Below, one piece after another: positions 29,006 to 41,878 of a stretch of 64,000 nt of DNA; positions within the stretch are counted from its first letter, which is position 1, and every line of letters begins with the position of its first letter. Below the pieces are notes generated by a model. The model was not told the origin of the DNA. It did no database searches and saw only the letters and a list, made by a program, of their open reading frames with translations. This DNA is from Eledone cirrhosa (Eukaryota): assembly GCA_964016885.1 (NCBI GenBank), contig OZ024760.1, positions 31,744,001 through 31,808,000 on the forward strand, given 5' to 3'. A program made the position numbers and the translations under genes.

Positions 29006-30906
29006 TTGCAAGATTTTTATATGAAATCGTATGTCGAAACAAATATTATTATACTTGGGAGGGTCATATTTGTGTAATATCAAGTTCAACGAGAAGATCT
29101 ACACCCAAAATGAGGGAGCAGCCATTGGCATCAGCATAGCTGGTGATGTTGCCAACCTTTTTATGGTATGGTGGGAAAGGAGACTTAATGATCTCCTTAA
29201 TGAAAGCTCCATAGACCACATCATGTACTCTCGTTACGTAGACGATATCAATATAGTTATAAGAACATCCCCACTAGAGAGCACTAACAAGTTTGATTTA
29301 GAATGTAGCACAATGGAAAGCATCCAGCAGATAGCTAATTCCATACACCAGAGTATAACTGTAACTATCAACTACCTTTCCAAACACCCTAACAATAGAC
29401 TACCTGTATTAGACACGGAACTCTGGATTAACACTATAGACGAGAGAGCCCAAATTCTCCACTCACACTATGCTAAACCCATGGCCTCCAAATACCTGAT
29501 ACTCAAAAACTCAGCAATGTCCAGTAGTTCTAAGTTTAATATTCTGATCGCAGATTTGATACGAGTGATGAAGAATGTGTCCCGCATGTGCGACCCAACA
29601 GAAATGGAAAGACACATCCAACACTTCATCAACCGCATGCAGTTCTCTGGCTACAACCAAAGAGACAGAGTCAGAGTATACGAAGGAACCATGGAGAAGT
29701 ATAAGACCCTCATAGAACTGGACATGAAAGGAATTTGCCCATTATACAGGAGCAAATCATGGAATAGCTTAGATAGGGCTAGACATAAGATAGGGAAAGC
29801 CACCTCATGGTACGACAACCAGAGATACCAGAGTGTCATGTTTGTGGACGCTACCCCTGGAGGGAAATTAGCTAACCAGTGTAGAAAGGCCCTGAGAAAG
29901 ACCCACTTAAAGATTAAGGTGGTAGAAAAGCCAGGAACCACCATAAAATCCCTGATCAGCAAAACCTACCCTTTTAAGAAAACCCACTGTACTAATAGGA
30001 AATGTATAATATGTAAGGTAAACCCCCGGATAAACTGTAAAACTAGAAACGTAGTCTATAGCATAAGATGTACAGAGGGTACTTGCAGAAACATGACAAC
30101 AACATACATAGGCGAAACAACTCGTAGCATAGGTGAAAGGATAGACCAACACTGGGGGGAACTAAAAGGACGGAAAAACGGTTCAGTACTATACGAACAT
30201 GCCAGACAACAACACGACGGTAACATAGACAACATAGAAATTAGAATAATATCTAAACATAGAAATGACCCAGCAGATAGGCAAATCAGAGAGGCCAGTG
30301 AAATAGAACTTAGAAGGCCAAGGCTAAACAGAAAGAATGAATGGAATAACAACAACACCCAAACAAACAACACTGACCTAAGAGAAGTATAAATAAATAA
30401 ATAAATAAATAAATGGATAAATAAATAAATAAATACATACACAAGCACAATAACAACAAACACATATAAACACACACTAGTAAAGATAGAATACATTAAC
30501 CAATACACAGTCACCCAATCACGAACACACATCAAACAAAACACTATACACACACGCAAACGCATGCCCAAAGAAGACAAAATAAAATAAACAAATAAAT
30601 AAATATATAAACAGACTAAATAAAGATGGCGTAGAAAATACAATGTAACGGGAGGAAACAATAGCACCGCTGACGATGTTGCAGATGTGCAACGAAAGAA
30701 CTTTGATAAACTATATATATATGTGTTTGTGTCTATATTGTATCTGTATTATTTTTGACCGTTGGTCAGTCAATGGCAACATTGAGGACCGAATAAATTA
30801 GATTACCGATATAAAAGACACGCGAAAAGCGAAAACCAACCAAACAGTGAGTGTGTTCTGTTATTAATTCTGGCAATATTACACAAATATGACCCTCGCC
30901 AAGTAT

Positions 30907-30910
<4 letters not shown>
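29002..30910 (+). mobile_element. 5'-truncated Penelope-like element (RT plus GIY-YIG; Cys linker suggests Neptune-type)
   Basis: Uninterrupted 453-aa ORF 29031-30392 with GAAIGISIAGDVANLFM, RYVDD, CTNRKCIIC linker and NVVYSIRC...YIGETTRSIGERIDQH. Hammerhead-like core CTGACGA-T-GTTGCA(GATG)TGCAAC-GAAA at 30670-30697. Bounded by (TA)n. Confidence 0.9.
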
Positions 30911-30949
<39 letters not shown>

Positions 30950-30950
<1 letters not shown>

Positions 30951-31815
30951 ATCATCATCATCATCATCGTTTAACGTCCATCTTCCACGCTTGCATGGGT
31001 TTGGACGGGAGTTTTCCCACTTGAGGCAAGAGTGGTTGTCTTGCTCGCATAGGACTGTCTGGCGGGTTTTCTACAGCTGGATGCCCTTCCTAACACCAAC
31101 CACATTTACAGTGTGGACTGGGAGGTTTTTACCGTGTTACCTACATGGCCACATTACAGCGTGGACTGTCTGGCTGGTTTTCTACGGCTGGATGCCCTTC
31201 CTAACACCAACCACGTTTACAGTGTGGGTCTGGGAGGTTTTTACCGTGTTACCTACATGGCCACATTACAGCGTGGACTGTCTGGCTGGTTTTCTACGGC
31301 TGGATGCCCTTCCTAACACCAACCACGTTTACAGTGTGGGTCTGGGAGGTTTTTACCGTGTTACCTACATGGCCACATTACAGCGTGGACTGTCTGGCGG
31401 GTTTTCTACGGCTGGATGCCCTTCCTAACACCAACCACGTTTACAGTGTGGGTCTGGGAGGTTTTTACCGTGTTACCTACATGGCCACATTACAGCGTGG
31501 ACTGTCTGGCTGGTTTTCTACGGCTGGATGCCCTTCCTAACACCAACCACGTTTACAGTGTGGGGCTGGGAGGTTTTTACCGTGTTGCCTACACGGCCAC
31601 ATTACAGCGTGGACTGTGTGTTTTTTTGTCGTGTCACCTACACGACCTCATTTGTTTCGGACTGGATGTTGTGGTACCAACATAACTTTACATCGAAAGG
31701 GGTGGTGTGGATGGGGTGGGGGTAGTGGGACGGGGTGGGGGTAGTGGGACGGGGTGTATTTGGTTAAGAGGTGCCTACTGACTGTAGGTTTCGCTTTGTA
31801 ATAAATAAGGCAGGT
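30950..31815 (-). mobile_element. RTE 3' UTR fragment with an internal 112-bp tandem expansion (about 5 copies)
   Basis: Reverse complement of 28535-28930 and 47540-47950. ATGCCCTTCCTAAC recurs at 31081, 31192, 31304, 31416 and 31528. Confidence 0.85.
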
Positions 31816-32096
31816 AAAATTTGGGAGATCCATGGAGGAGTTGTGTCCAGTGGTCCCTGTCCTTAGCATCGCTGCTATATCCGGGGTCTCCCACAGACTC
31901 AGTGTCTGTCTTTGTATGTGTGTGTGTCTGTATGCCTCTGTGTGTGTGTATATGCTTGTGTGTGTGTATGTGCCTCTGTGTGTGTCTGTGTCTCTATATA
32001 TATGTACCTATGTGTGTGTCTATGTCTCTGTGTGTATGTACCTCTGTGTATCTGTGTGTGTATATGCCTGTGTGTGTATATGTGTGTGTGTGTGTG

Positions 32097-32138
32097 TGAC
32101 ATCTCCAGGACACTTACCTGACAATATTTGACTTAGTC

Positions 32139-32207
<69 letters not shown>

Positions 32208-32246
32208 CATCTCCAGGACATTTACCTGACAATATTTGACTTGGTC

Positions 32247-32315
<69 letters not shown>

Positions 32316-32354
32316 CATCTCCAGGACACTTACCTGACAATATTTGACTTAGTC

Positions 32355-32414
<60 letters not shown>

Positions 32415-32655
32415 ACATCTCCAGGACACTTACCTGACAATATTTGACTTAGTCATACTCTGTGTGTCTGTGTGTATATGCCTGTGTGTGTATATGTGTG
32501 TGTGTGTATGTGACATCTCCAGGACACTTACCTGACAATATTTGACTTAGTCATACTCTGTGTGTGTGTGTGTATATGCCTGTGTGTGTATATGTGTGTG
32601 TGTGTGTGTGACATCTCCAGGACACTTACCTGACAATATTTGACTTGGTCATACT
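32097..32655. repeat. Tandem repeat (6 copies) of an exon end plus splice donor, separated by (TG)n
   Basis: GTGACATCTCCAGGACACTTACCTGACAATATTTGACTTAGTCATACTCT at about 32097, 32203, 32312, 32413, 32510 and 32608. The last copy is the real exon-intron junction. Confidence 0.92.
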
Positions 32656-33746
32656 CTGCTCTGTTGTTCCACTCTCGTCATAACTTGTCTCTGACGATGA
32701 GTAGAGGAAGAATCGGTCAACAGGTGAGGCTTCATCAGGTGAATCCCAGCTGGAGGTCAAGGTTAAAGGGCTGGGTTTCTGCTTCTGCTGCTTACCCCGT
32801 GGCTGATCATCACGTTGGGCCGATGTGGCAGAAACAACAGCAGCAGCAGCAGCAGCAGCTGCAGTAGTAGTAGTAGTAGTAGTAGTTTCAGTAGCAGTAG
32901 TACTTGTTGAGGTGATGGAAGCCAGTGGGGGCACAGCAGCAGAAGTCGATGATGGTTGTTGTTGTTGTTGTGATGTAGGTGTGCTCATCATCAGAGGTGA
33001 CGAACACACCTGAAAGACTGCGGCGGATAGCTCGTGGGACAAGCCCTTCATCTCTTCCCACTCGTACAGTTTATGTGCAAACTCATCTGTGATCTTGTAT
33101 TCCGCCAGGGGTGCAAGGATTGTACTAGCCAGTTTAGGGTCAAATTCTAGCTGACTTGCCTGCTCCTTTTCCCCCTTACTTGCTGACCGCCTCTGGCGAC
33201 CCTTGTCAGTAGATACAGACCCTTTTTTAGATTTTTCGCCGTCTTTCCCTTTACTTTTTTCAGACTTGAAACTCTTATCCTTCTCTTTCTCCTTGTCTTT
33301 GTCCTTTTCTTTCTCTGACTTGGATTTTTTCAGTTTACTTTTGCCTTCTTTCCGGCTCCTGGATGACAACAAGGGGCTGCCCTCCTTCCGATATTTAATG
33401 CTCTCCCATTCTTGAATCTTCCGAGAGAAGCTCTCTGTCAGGTTACGTTGTAGTTCGTCCACGTTGACTGGTGACGGTGATATGGCAGGACTGGTGCTAG
33501 CAGAAGTCAAGGCCAAAGATGTTGTTGACGTTGGTGTTGTTGCTGTTGCTGTCGCAGTTCCACCGCTGCTCACCAGACTAGTTGTACTCGTAGTCATTGT
33601 TGTTGTAGTAACGGTGCTTGTTGTTGTTGTTGTAGCATCAATCAAAGAAGGTGAGGTGGAGAGCGAGTGAGAGGAGGCAGCCTCATCGGTTACTTTATCA
33701 CTTAAACTTTCAGACTCCCATTTCAGTTTCTGAATTGGGCCAGGGC
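32630..33746 (-). CDS. Host gene exon 4 (low-complexity Ser/Thr and Lys-rich, two EWE motifs)
   Basis: Within ORF 32626-33765. Acceptor ttttgttccattacag, donor GTCAG|gtaagt. 1117 bp, phase 1 in and phase 2 out. Confidence 0.9.
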
Positions 33747-33799
33747 CTGTAATGGAACAAAACAAAACAATTTAACAACAACAACAACAATGATAATAA

Positions 33800-34145
33800 T
33801 AATGGTTTCTGATTTAGGCACAAGGCCAGCAATTTGAGGGAAAGTAGATTAAATTGACCCCAGTGTATTACTGGTACTTTATTTTATCAACCCCGTAAGG
33901 ATGAAAGGCAAAGTTAACCTCAGCGGGATTTGAACTCAGAACGTAAAGGGGCATAACCCTATGCCGTGAAGCATGGTGTCCAACGCTCTACCGATTCTGC
34001 CAATCCACTGCCCTAACAATGATAATAATAATGGTTTCTACTTTAGGCACAAGGTCAACACTTTTTGTGAGGGTGGGGGAAAGTAGATTAATCGACCCCA
34101 GTGCATTACTGGTACTTTATTTTATTAACTGGTACTTTATTTTAT
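33800..34145 (-). mobile_element. SINE family A: one near-full copy (33800-34015) and one partial copy
   Basis: Reverse complement of 24349-24538 (GGATGAAAGGCAAAGTTAACCTC...GGATTTGAACTC). Confidence 0.8.
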
Positions 34146-34304
34146 TAACCACCACCACCACCACTTACACCACCACTTACACCACATCCACCACCACCAC
34201 CAACACCACCACCACCACCACTACCACTACCACCACCACCACTACCACCACCACTACCACCACCACATCCACCAACAACAACATTAACAACAACAACAAC
34301 TAAC

Positions 34305-34394
34305 CTTTGCCTTTGGTTTGCTCCCACTCAACTGTCTTTTTTGTTGCATCCTTCAGTATTGGTTGGAGGGTAGTTCCACCAAACTCCACATGGC
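34305..34394 (-). CDS. Host gene exon 3 (GHVEFGGTTLQPILKDATKKTVEWEQTKGK)
   Basis: Acceptor ttctatctaccag, donor AAAG|gttagt. 90 bp, phase 1-1, open frame. Confidence 0.8.
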
Positions 34395-34399
34395 CTGGT

Positions 34400-35815
34400 A
34401 GATAGAACAACAGTTACTGGAGTATTGGTAGAGTGGGGTGGGGGGGGAGTGGGGGGGGGGGGGAGATAGAACAACAGTTACTGGAGTATTGGTAGAGTGG
34501 GGTGGGGTGGGGGGGAGAGTGGGGGGGGGAGATAGAACAACAGTTACTGGAGTATTGGTAGAGTGGGGTGGGGGGAGGGAGTGGGGGGGGGGAGATAGAA
34601 CAACAGTTACTGGAGTATTGGTAGAGTGGGGTGGGGGGAGGGAGAGTGGGGGAGGGAGATAGAACAACAGTTACTGGAGTATTGGTAGAGTGGGTGGGGG
34701 GAGGGAGTGGGGGGGAGATAGAACAACAGTTACTGGAGTATTGGTAGAGTGGGGTGGGGGAGGGAGAGTGGGGGAGGGAGATAGAACAACAGTTACTGGA
34801 GTATTGGTAGAGTGGGGTGGGGGGGGGGGGGGAGAGTGGGGGAGGGAGATAGAACAACAGTTACTGGAGTATTGGTAGAGTGGGGTGGGGGGAGGGAGAG
34901 TGGGGGAGGGAGATAGAACAACAGTTACTGGAGTATTGGTAGAGTGGGGTGGGGGGAGGGAGAGTGGGGGAGGGAGATAGAACAACAGTTACTGGAGTAT
35001 TGGTAGAGTGGGGGAGGGAGATAGAACAACAGTTACTGGAGTATTGGTAGAGTGGGGTGGGGGGGGGAGTGGGGGGGGGAGATAGAACAACAGTTACTGG
35101 AGTATTGGTAGAGTGGGGTGGGGGGAGGGAGAGTGGGGGAGGGAGATAGAACAACAGTTACTGGAGTATTGGTAGAGTGGGGTGGGGGGAGGGAGAGTGG
35201 GGGAGGGAGATAGAACAACAGTTACTGGAGTATTGGTAGAGTGGGGGAGGGAGATAGAACAACAGTTACTGGAGTATTGGTAGAGTGGGGTGGGGGAGGG
35301 AGAGTGGGGGAGGGAGATAGAACAACAGTTACTGGAGTATTGGTAGAGTGGGTGGGGGGAGGGGGAGGGGGAGAGTGGGGGAGGGAGAGTGGTGGAGGGA
35401 GATAGAACAACAGTTACTGGAGTATTGGTAGAGTGGGGTGGGGGGAGGGAGAGTGGGGGAGGGAGATAGAACAACAGTTACTGGAGTATTGGTAGAGTGG
35501 GGTGGGGGGAGGGAGAGTGGGGTGGGGGGAGGGAGAGTGGGGGAGGGAGATAGAACAACAGTTACTGGAGTATTGGTAGAGTGGGGTGGGGGGAGGGAGA
35601 GTGGGGGAGGGAGATAGAACAACAGTTACTGGAGTATTGGTAGAGTGAGGTGGGGGGAGGGAGAGTGGGGGAGGGAGATAGAACAACAGTTACTGGAGTA
35701 TTGGTAGAGTGGAGTGGGGGGGGGGGGGGAGATTGGGGGAAGGAGAGAGATAGAACAACAGTTACTGGAGTATTGGTAGAGTGGGGTGGGGTGGGGGAGG
35801 GGTGGGGGGTGGGAG
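34400..35815. repeat. G-rich minisatellite (about 45-85 bp units) abutting the exon 3 acceptor
   Basis: Constant core GATAGAACAACAGTTACTGGAGTATTGGTAGAGTGG followed by variable G-runs; more than 20 copies. Confidence 0.93.
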
Positions 35816-35944
35816 GACATTGAACACATCACTAGGTAAATAAGACCCACTTGAGTAATGGCAGAGAGAAAGGGAGAGATGAGAGAGAGAGGGAGAAAGA
35901 GAGAGAGAGAGAGAGAGGGGGAGGGGGAGGCATATATATGACAG

Positions 35945-36080
35945 AGTGTGACAATGCTGGTCCCTCCAATTACAGACGCTGGAGCAACGTGAAATAAAGT
36001 GTCTTGCTCAAGGACACAACATGCTGCCCAGTCTGGGGATCAAACTGAATACCCTAACCACAAAGCCGCGCACCTTCACT
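35945..36080 (-). mobile_element. Degenerate CORE-like SINE fragment
   Basis: CTGGAGCAACGTGAAATAAAGTGTCTTGCTCAAGGACACAAC matches 26150-26200. Confidence 0.6.
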
Positions 36081-36175
36081 ATAACAACAACAATTACAAC
36101 AGCAACAACAATAACAACACTAACAACAACAATATCGGCAGCAACAAGTACAACAACAACAGCAACAACTACAGC

Positions 36176-36210
<35 letters not shown>

Positions 36211-36403
36211 AGATCTTGCTTCTATTAATTTCCTGTAGAAGCCCCTCCCCCAACACACCAGAACCAATTACAAGGGTCGTTGTGTGTAATCAAGAAACTA
36301 ACAAGAATAGTTTCATTAACAGAAATGGTTGGAATGAAGAGATTATCTTGAGTCACACGGCAGAAACTGTGTTGGGGGGTTGGGGGTGATAGTTAAAGAA
36401 CAC

Positions 36404-36501
<98 letters not shown>

Positions 36502-36565
36502 CTTCTTCTTCTTCTTCTTCTTCTTCTTCTTCTTCTTCTTCTTCTTCTTCTTCTTCTTCTTCTTC
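36404..36565. repeat. Compound microsatellite (GTT)n(CTT)n
   Basis: Two pure trinucleotide tracts directly fused. Confidence 0.95.
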
Positions 36566-36639
36566 TCCACAATAAACAAGTATGTATTCAATCTTTTATC
36601 CTGCCCTGTTTGAAGTTCTGCCCATCAAGAATTGGTCAA

Positions 36640-36791
36640 TATTAACAGTCCTTGGTACTTTACTGGTGGCCTAGATATTAAGAGTCCTTGGTACTTTACT
36701 GATGGCCTAGATATTAAGAGTCCTTGGTACTTTACTGGTGGCCTAGATATTAAGAGTCCTTGGTACTTTACTGGTGGCCTAGATATTAAGA
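36640..36791. repeat. 36-bp tandem repeat (about 4 copies)
   Basis: TATTAAGAGTCCTTGGTACTTTACTGGTGGCCTAGA repeated, running directly into the RT fragment. Confidence 0.9.
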
Positions 36792-37045
36792 GATCGGTGT
36801 GGAAGTCGGACCTTCGTAGAGACCTGAAAATCCGCCTCTTCATTGCTGTAGTGGAGTCTGTGCTGCTGTACGGGTCTGAGACTTGAACACTGACCAAGAA
36901 ACTCACTCAGATGGTGGATGGGTGCTACACGAGAATGTTGAGGATGGCTCTGAACATTAATCAGTATATACTGAGGATGAAAAACTCAGAGCTGTATGGG
37001 AGCTTCCCAAAAGTCAGTTCAAAAGTGACACAGAGGAGACTGAGG

Positions 37046-37047
<2 letters not shown>
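36786..37047 (+). mobile_element. Short RTE-like RT C-terminal fragment (different family from the 27.5 kb element)
   Basis: KIRLFIAVVESVLLYGSET*TLT...DGCYTRMLRMALNI...RRLRL; ends at (TA)n. Confidence 0.75.
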
Positions 37048-37105
<58 letters not shown>

Positions 37106-37186
37106 TAGAACACTGGAAGGTAATATCCGTAGTAGTAGAGCACTCAGTCAATGGGACGAGTTAGGTAGAAGTGGTTATAACCATGT

Positions 37187-37236
37187 CCATTACGAGCTGA
37201 GGATCAGGTAAGGTGAAACAATTGTTCTCGGTATGG
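37187..37236 (+). ncRNA. Minimal type-I hammerhead ribozyme motif
   Basis: CCATTACGAG-CTGAGGA-TCAGGTAAGGT-GAAA-CAATTG-TT-CTCGGTATGG. Stem I 8/10 pairs, perfect palindromic stem III ACAATTGT, weak stem II. Confidence 0.6.
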
Positions 37237-37296
37237 TGAACTAACTGTTGTGTAACCACTTCTCTCTCTCTCTCCCTCCCTCTCTCTATATATATG

Positions 37297-37379
<83 letters not shown>

Positions 37380-37389
37380 GTATATATAT

Positions 37390-37493
<104 letters not shown>

Positions 37494-39684
37494 GTCAGAC
37501 TCATCGCACCATCTAAATCGGACTTAGGCATAATTAGCAAACATATATTAGATAGAATTATATCACTACTTAAAGAAAAATCACACCTTAAACTATGGAA
37601 CGGTACTAATGAAGTAATAGATTGGTTCAATAACATAAAATTAAAACATAACAAAAAATTCATTCAAATGGATATTGCAAATTACTACTCCTCTATTACC
37701 CCTAGCTTACTTAATAAGACACTTATCTACGCGTCTAAACATACAGACTTATCTAGTGATGAAATGAATATAATTCTAACAGCACGTAAAACACTAATAG
37801 AATTTAATAATCATCTCTGGACAAGAGCCGACAGAAAAAACAATTTTGATATCACTATGGGATCATCTGACTTGGCGCAACTTACAGACCTTATTGGATT
37901 ATTTATTAATAATGTACTGCATAGGAAAATGCCAGAGATGACCGGAGGTTTATATCATGACGATATGTTACTTTTAATTGAAAACCATAGCAATAGTGAA
38001 ATTAATAGGAAAAGGAAATCCATAATACAGTTTTACAACAACTACAATCTTATGTTAGAAATAGAGAATAATTACAAAATCGTTAACTTCTGAGACATAA
38101 CCTTAAACCTTAGCACAGGTCTTTACTATCCTTTCCATAAAATTAACGACAATCTAAATTATGTAAGTTTCAATTCTAATCATCCTAGAATTATTAAAAA
38201 CACTATTGTCAATAGCGTCCAACAACGGATTTCACGCATCTCTGCTAATAAAAATATTTTTGATGATAAGGCTGAATATTATAATGAAGCTTTACATAGA
38301 GCAGGATACTCTAATAGAATTAAATACATAGATAACAATAACATAATATATCATCCTAGTATTAACTTAGACACTAAACCAAACAAAAAACTAGAACTAG
38401 AAATATTATTTGGTACTCTCCCCCATTCTCATTAAGTGTTAAAACACCTTTAGCAAAGCTATTCTTTAAAGCACTAGATAAATGTTTTCCTAAAACCCAT
38501 AGATACCACTCTATTTTTAACAGGCACACTATAAAACTATCCTACTCTACTACTATGAACATAGCACAAAATATAAATAGAATTAACAATAGAAACTTAA
38601 ATTTAAACCCTAACCAAATTAACCAAAATAGCAATAATAATATTTCTAACAACAATATTCAGAATAATGGTACCGTTCTGAACAACAATAACTCTAGTAA
38701 ATGTAACTGTAGAATCAAATCAAACTGCCCTTTACAAAATAATTGTTTAGATAAAAACGTAGTTAAAATGCACAGTTAAAACTAGCGACAAAATATTTAA
38801 CTATGTTGGTGCCACTTCTACAAAATTTAAAGAACGCTGGAATAACCATAATCATACATTTAGGAGATCTGATAAAAAAATCTTCTACTTCACTTTCACA
38901 TTTAATCTGTGATTTAAAAGACAACAATATAGACTATTCAATAGCTTGGAGAACGATTTTGAAAGCACCTGCGTACCGAAATATGGCTTTATCAAGATTC
39001 TGTAAATTGTGTATCGAAGACATTTTTTTATATAATTAACTGTCAAAGCTCTATAAATCTCAGAACAAAATTATTTTCTTTTTGCAAACATCGCCGAAAT
39101 TTTTTAATATTTTTGATATTTCATAATTTTTTTAATATCTCTAATATTTATAATATTTTAATATATATATTTAATATTTTAATTTCCTACATTATTTTAA
39201 TTCTGACATTATTTTTAATTCCGACATTATTTTTGTAAGGACACCCCTATAAATATATTTTTAGATGTAGATTGATAATCTTTAAAGGACATTCTGAAAA
39301 TTTATCCTCTTTACGATAGTTCTTCGAAAAACACATTACATTTTCCTCTCTCTTTTTGTTATTCAAACATTCACACATCTTTCTACTAAAATAATGGATC
39401 TCACACAAAATAATATATAATTATCTCTAATTTAATGGCTAACAAACAAAATTGGAGTTGTCTTTCCTTTCTCAATCGTGCAAACATAAACATATTATGT
39501 TTGAAAATCTGTATAGCTTCGCTAAATTAACCATATTCTGAAAACATTTTCAATGTTGAACAACATTTTTGAATCCATAAATTGTTCTCCTCTCACAACT
39601 TGAACCACCTATTTTTTAAGTAAAATACAAATTCAACTTCCTTCGTAACTCATATTTGATATATAAACAACTATTACATACACA

Positions 39685-39720
<36 letters not shown>

Positions 39721-39721
<1 letters not shown>

Positions 39722-40140
39722 GGGCGGTGGATTGGCAGTATCGGTAGAGGGTCGGACGCCATGCTTTGACGCATAGAGTTACGGCCCTTGCCATTCTGAG
39801 TTCAAATCCGAGGTTAACTTTGCCTTTCATCCTTACGGGGTCGATAAAATAAAGTACCAGTAATGTACTGCGTAATTGCTGGCCTTGTGCCAAAACTAGA
39901 AACAATTATTATTATTATTAATATTTATATAGATATTTATATACATATAGTAATAATTGTTTCTACTTTCGGCACAAGGCCAGCAATTATCCAGTACATT
40001 ACTGGTACTTTATTTTATCGACCCCGTAAGGATGAAAGGCAAAGTTAAACCTCGGCGGGATTTGAACTGACTGTAAAGGGACGTAACTATGCTAGAAAGC
40101 ATGGCGTCCAATCCTCTACCGATACTGCCAATCCACCGCT
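39721..40140. mobile_element. Inverted, tail-to-tail pair of family A SINEs (39721-39910 +, 39955-40140 -)
   Basis: Both copies have A and B boxes and are reverse complements of each other; AT-rich spacer of about 45 bp. Confidence 0.88.
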
Positions 40141-40507
40141 GTTTAACCTAATAATATAATGCAATAAGATAAAAATACAACCATAATTCTTCATATAATC
40201 TAATTGATTATATATACAATATAATATAGGTAAATAAATCTTTTCCCTCAAATTAATATAAATGCTAGCACTTATTCCTTTCTCTTCTTTCCTACGCATG
40301 CAATAACTTATCATAATTATTTAAATTTTCCATAACGTCTACAATAACGTTTTTTTCAGCCCTTATACCTAAACCTCATTTGCATACTCATCTTAATAAT
40401 TTGAAATATCTGACTTTTCTTCTCTTATCCCTTCACTATCCAGGGATAACTTGAACCGTTAAGGTATATTATCCTTGGTCTTGTCAACATTTATAAAACA
40501 CACTTCG

Positions 40508-40568
40508 TATTTTATCTGATGATAGTGTACCAAAATGTTGGTAGCCTTGAAATATATATAATAGAATA
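40508..40568 (+). ncRNA. Minimal hammerhead ribozyme motif at the 3' end of the Penelope-like element
   Basis: TATTTTAT-CTGATGA-[TACCA...TGGTA stem]-GAAA-TATATA-TA-ATAGAATA. 8-bp stem I (one G-U) and palindromic stem III. Confidence 0.65.
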
Positions 40569-40651
40569 AATATGGTTTTATAGATATAGTTTCCATTTAT
40601 TTAATATCACTGTATATATATATATGTATATATATATAAATAAACGACGAC

Positions 40652-40690
<39 letters not shown>

Positions 40691-40755
40691 ATATATATAT
40701 ACATATATATTAATTCAAAATATTAACAAAAATAGACATTCGTGTGATCAAGTAT

Positions 40756-40821
40756 ATATTATTATACATATTTCAGAGGTACTGAGCTATCTTCAACAGT
40801 ACATCCTCATCAGATAAAATA
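40756..40821 (-). ncRNA. Minimal hammerhead ribozyme motif (host sense strand)
   Basis: Minus strand TTTTAT-CTGATGA-GGATGTACTG...CAGTACCTCT-GAAA-TATGTA-TA-ATAA; homologous to 41879-41929. Confidence 0.65.
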
Positions 40822-40988
40822 AGATGATGCATGACATACCCTGACATAGTAGATGGTTAAGATTCAGTCATGGTAGTGAAAATAATAATAATAATAACTC
40901 CGCAAAACCATTACAGTTGAGTGCTTCCAATCTATTGTAAAACTCATTCTTTGATTTATTCATTGAACCTTGTTTAACCTTTAAATAT

Positions 40989-41019
<31 letters not shown>

Positions 41020-41020
<1 letters not shown>

Positions 41021-41775
41021 CATCATCATCATCATCATCATCATCACCGTTTTACGTCCGTTCTTCCACGCTAGCATGGGTTAGACGGGTTGTCCTGTTG
41101 TGGGCAGTGTCTGGTCGGCTGACCATGCCTTGCTCATACAGGAACTGATCTGGCTTGATTTCTACAGCTGGATGCCCTTCCTAACACCAACCTCATTTAC
41201 AGTGAGTGCTGGGTGCTTTTTCGTGGCGCCTACACGTCCACTTTACAGTGTGGGCTGGGTGCTTTTTTGCCGTGGCACCTCCACGACCACCTTGCGGTGG
41301 GGGGAGTGGGGGCATATTGTTTATATGCTTCAGCATGTACCCATGGGAGGTCGGGTACCCTGTATTACTGCGTGACGCCAGAACTCACGGTCGTGTGTCA
41401 TTGACTTTGAGAGGTGTAGTTGGGTAAGGTCGGCTTTTATCACCTCATCCCAAGTCATCTTCGGTCTCCCCACTCCGCGGTTTCCATCAACTTCTAGTGC
41501 TCTGCACCTTTTTATGCAGCTGTCATCCTTCATACGCATCACATGTCCATACCAGCGCAACCGCCTCTCCTGCATGCAGCATTTGATTCCTCTTATGCTC
41601 AGTCTCTCTCTCAATTCCTTTATGCTTTGTCGTTCACGTATATTACTGTTACACATCCATCGGAGCATGCAGGCTTCGTTTCTCTCTAATCTACGCAAGT
41701 CTTCCACCTTCAGCGCCCAGGTCTCACTACCATGCAACATCGCTGTTCGGATACACGCATCATACAGTCTGCCTT
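41020..41775 (-). mobile_element. 5'-truncated RTE LINE 3' end (second subfamily)
   Basis: ORF 41330-41740 [10 protein letters not shown]...RRLRWYGHV...GVGRPKMTW; 3' UTR with (GAT)n tail. Confidence 0.88.
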
Positions 41776-41878
41776 TATATATATATATATATATGCATAC
41801 ACATATACATATATATATATATAAGTATTAATAAATCTTAACCATTTAACATCTCAGGGTATGTCATGTATCATTATC

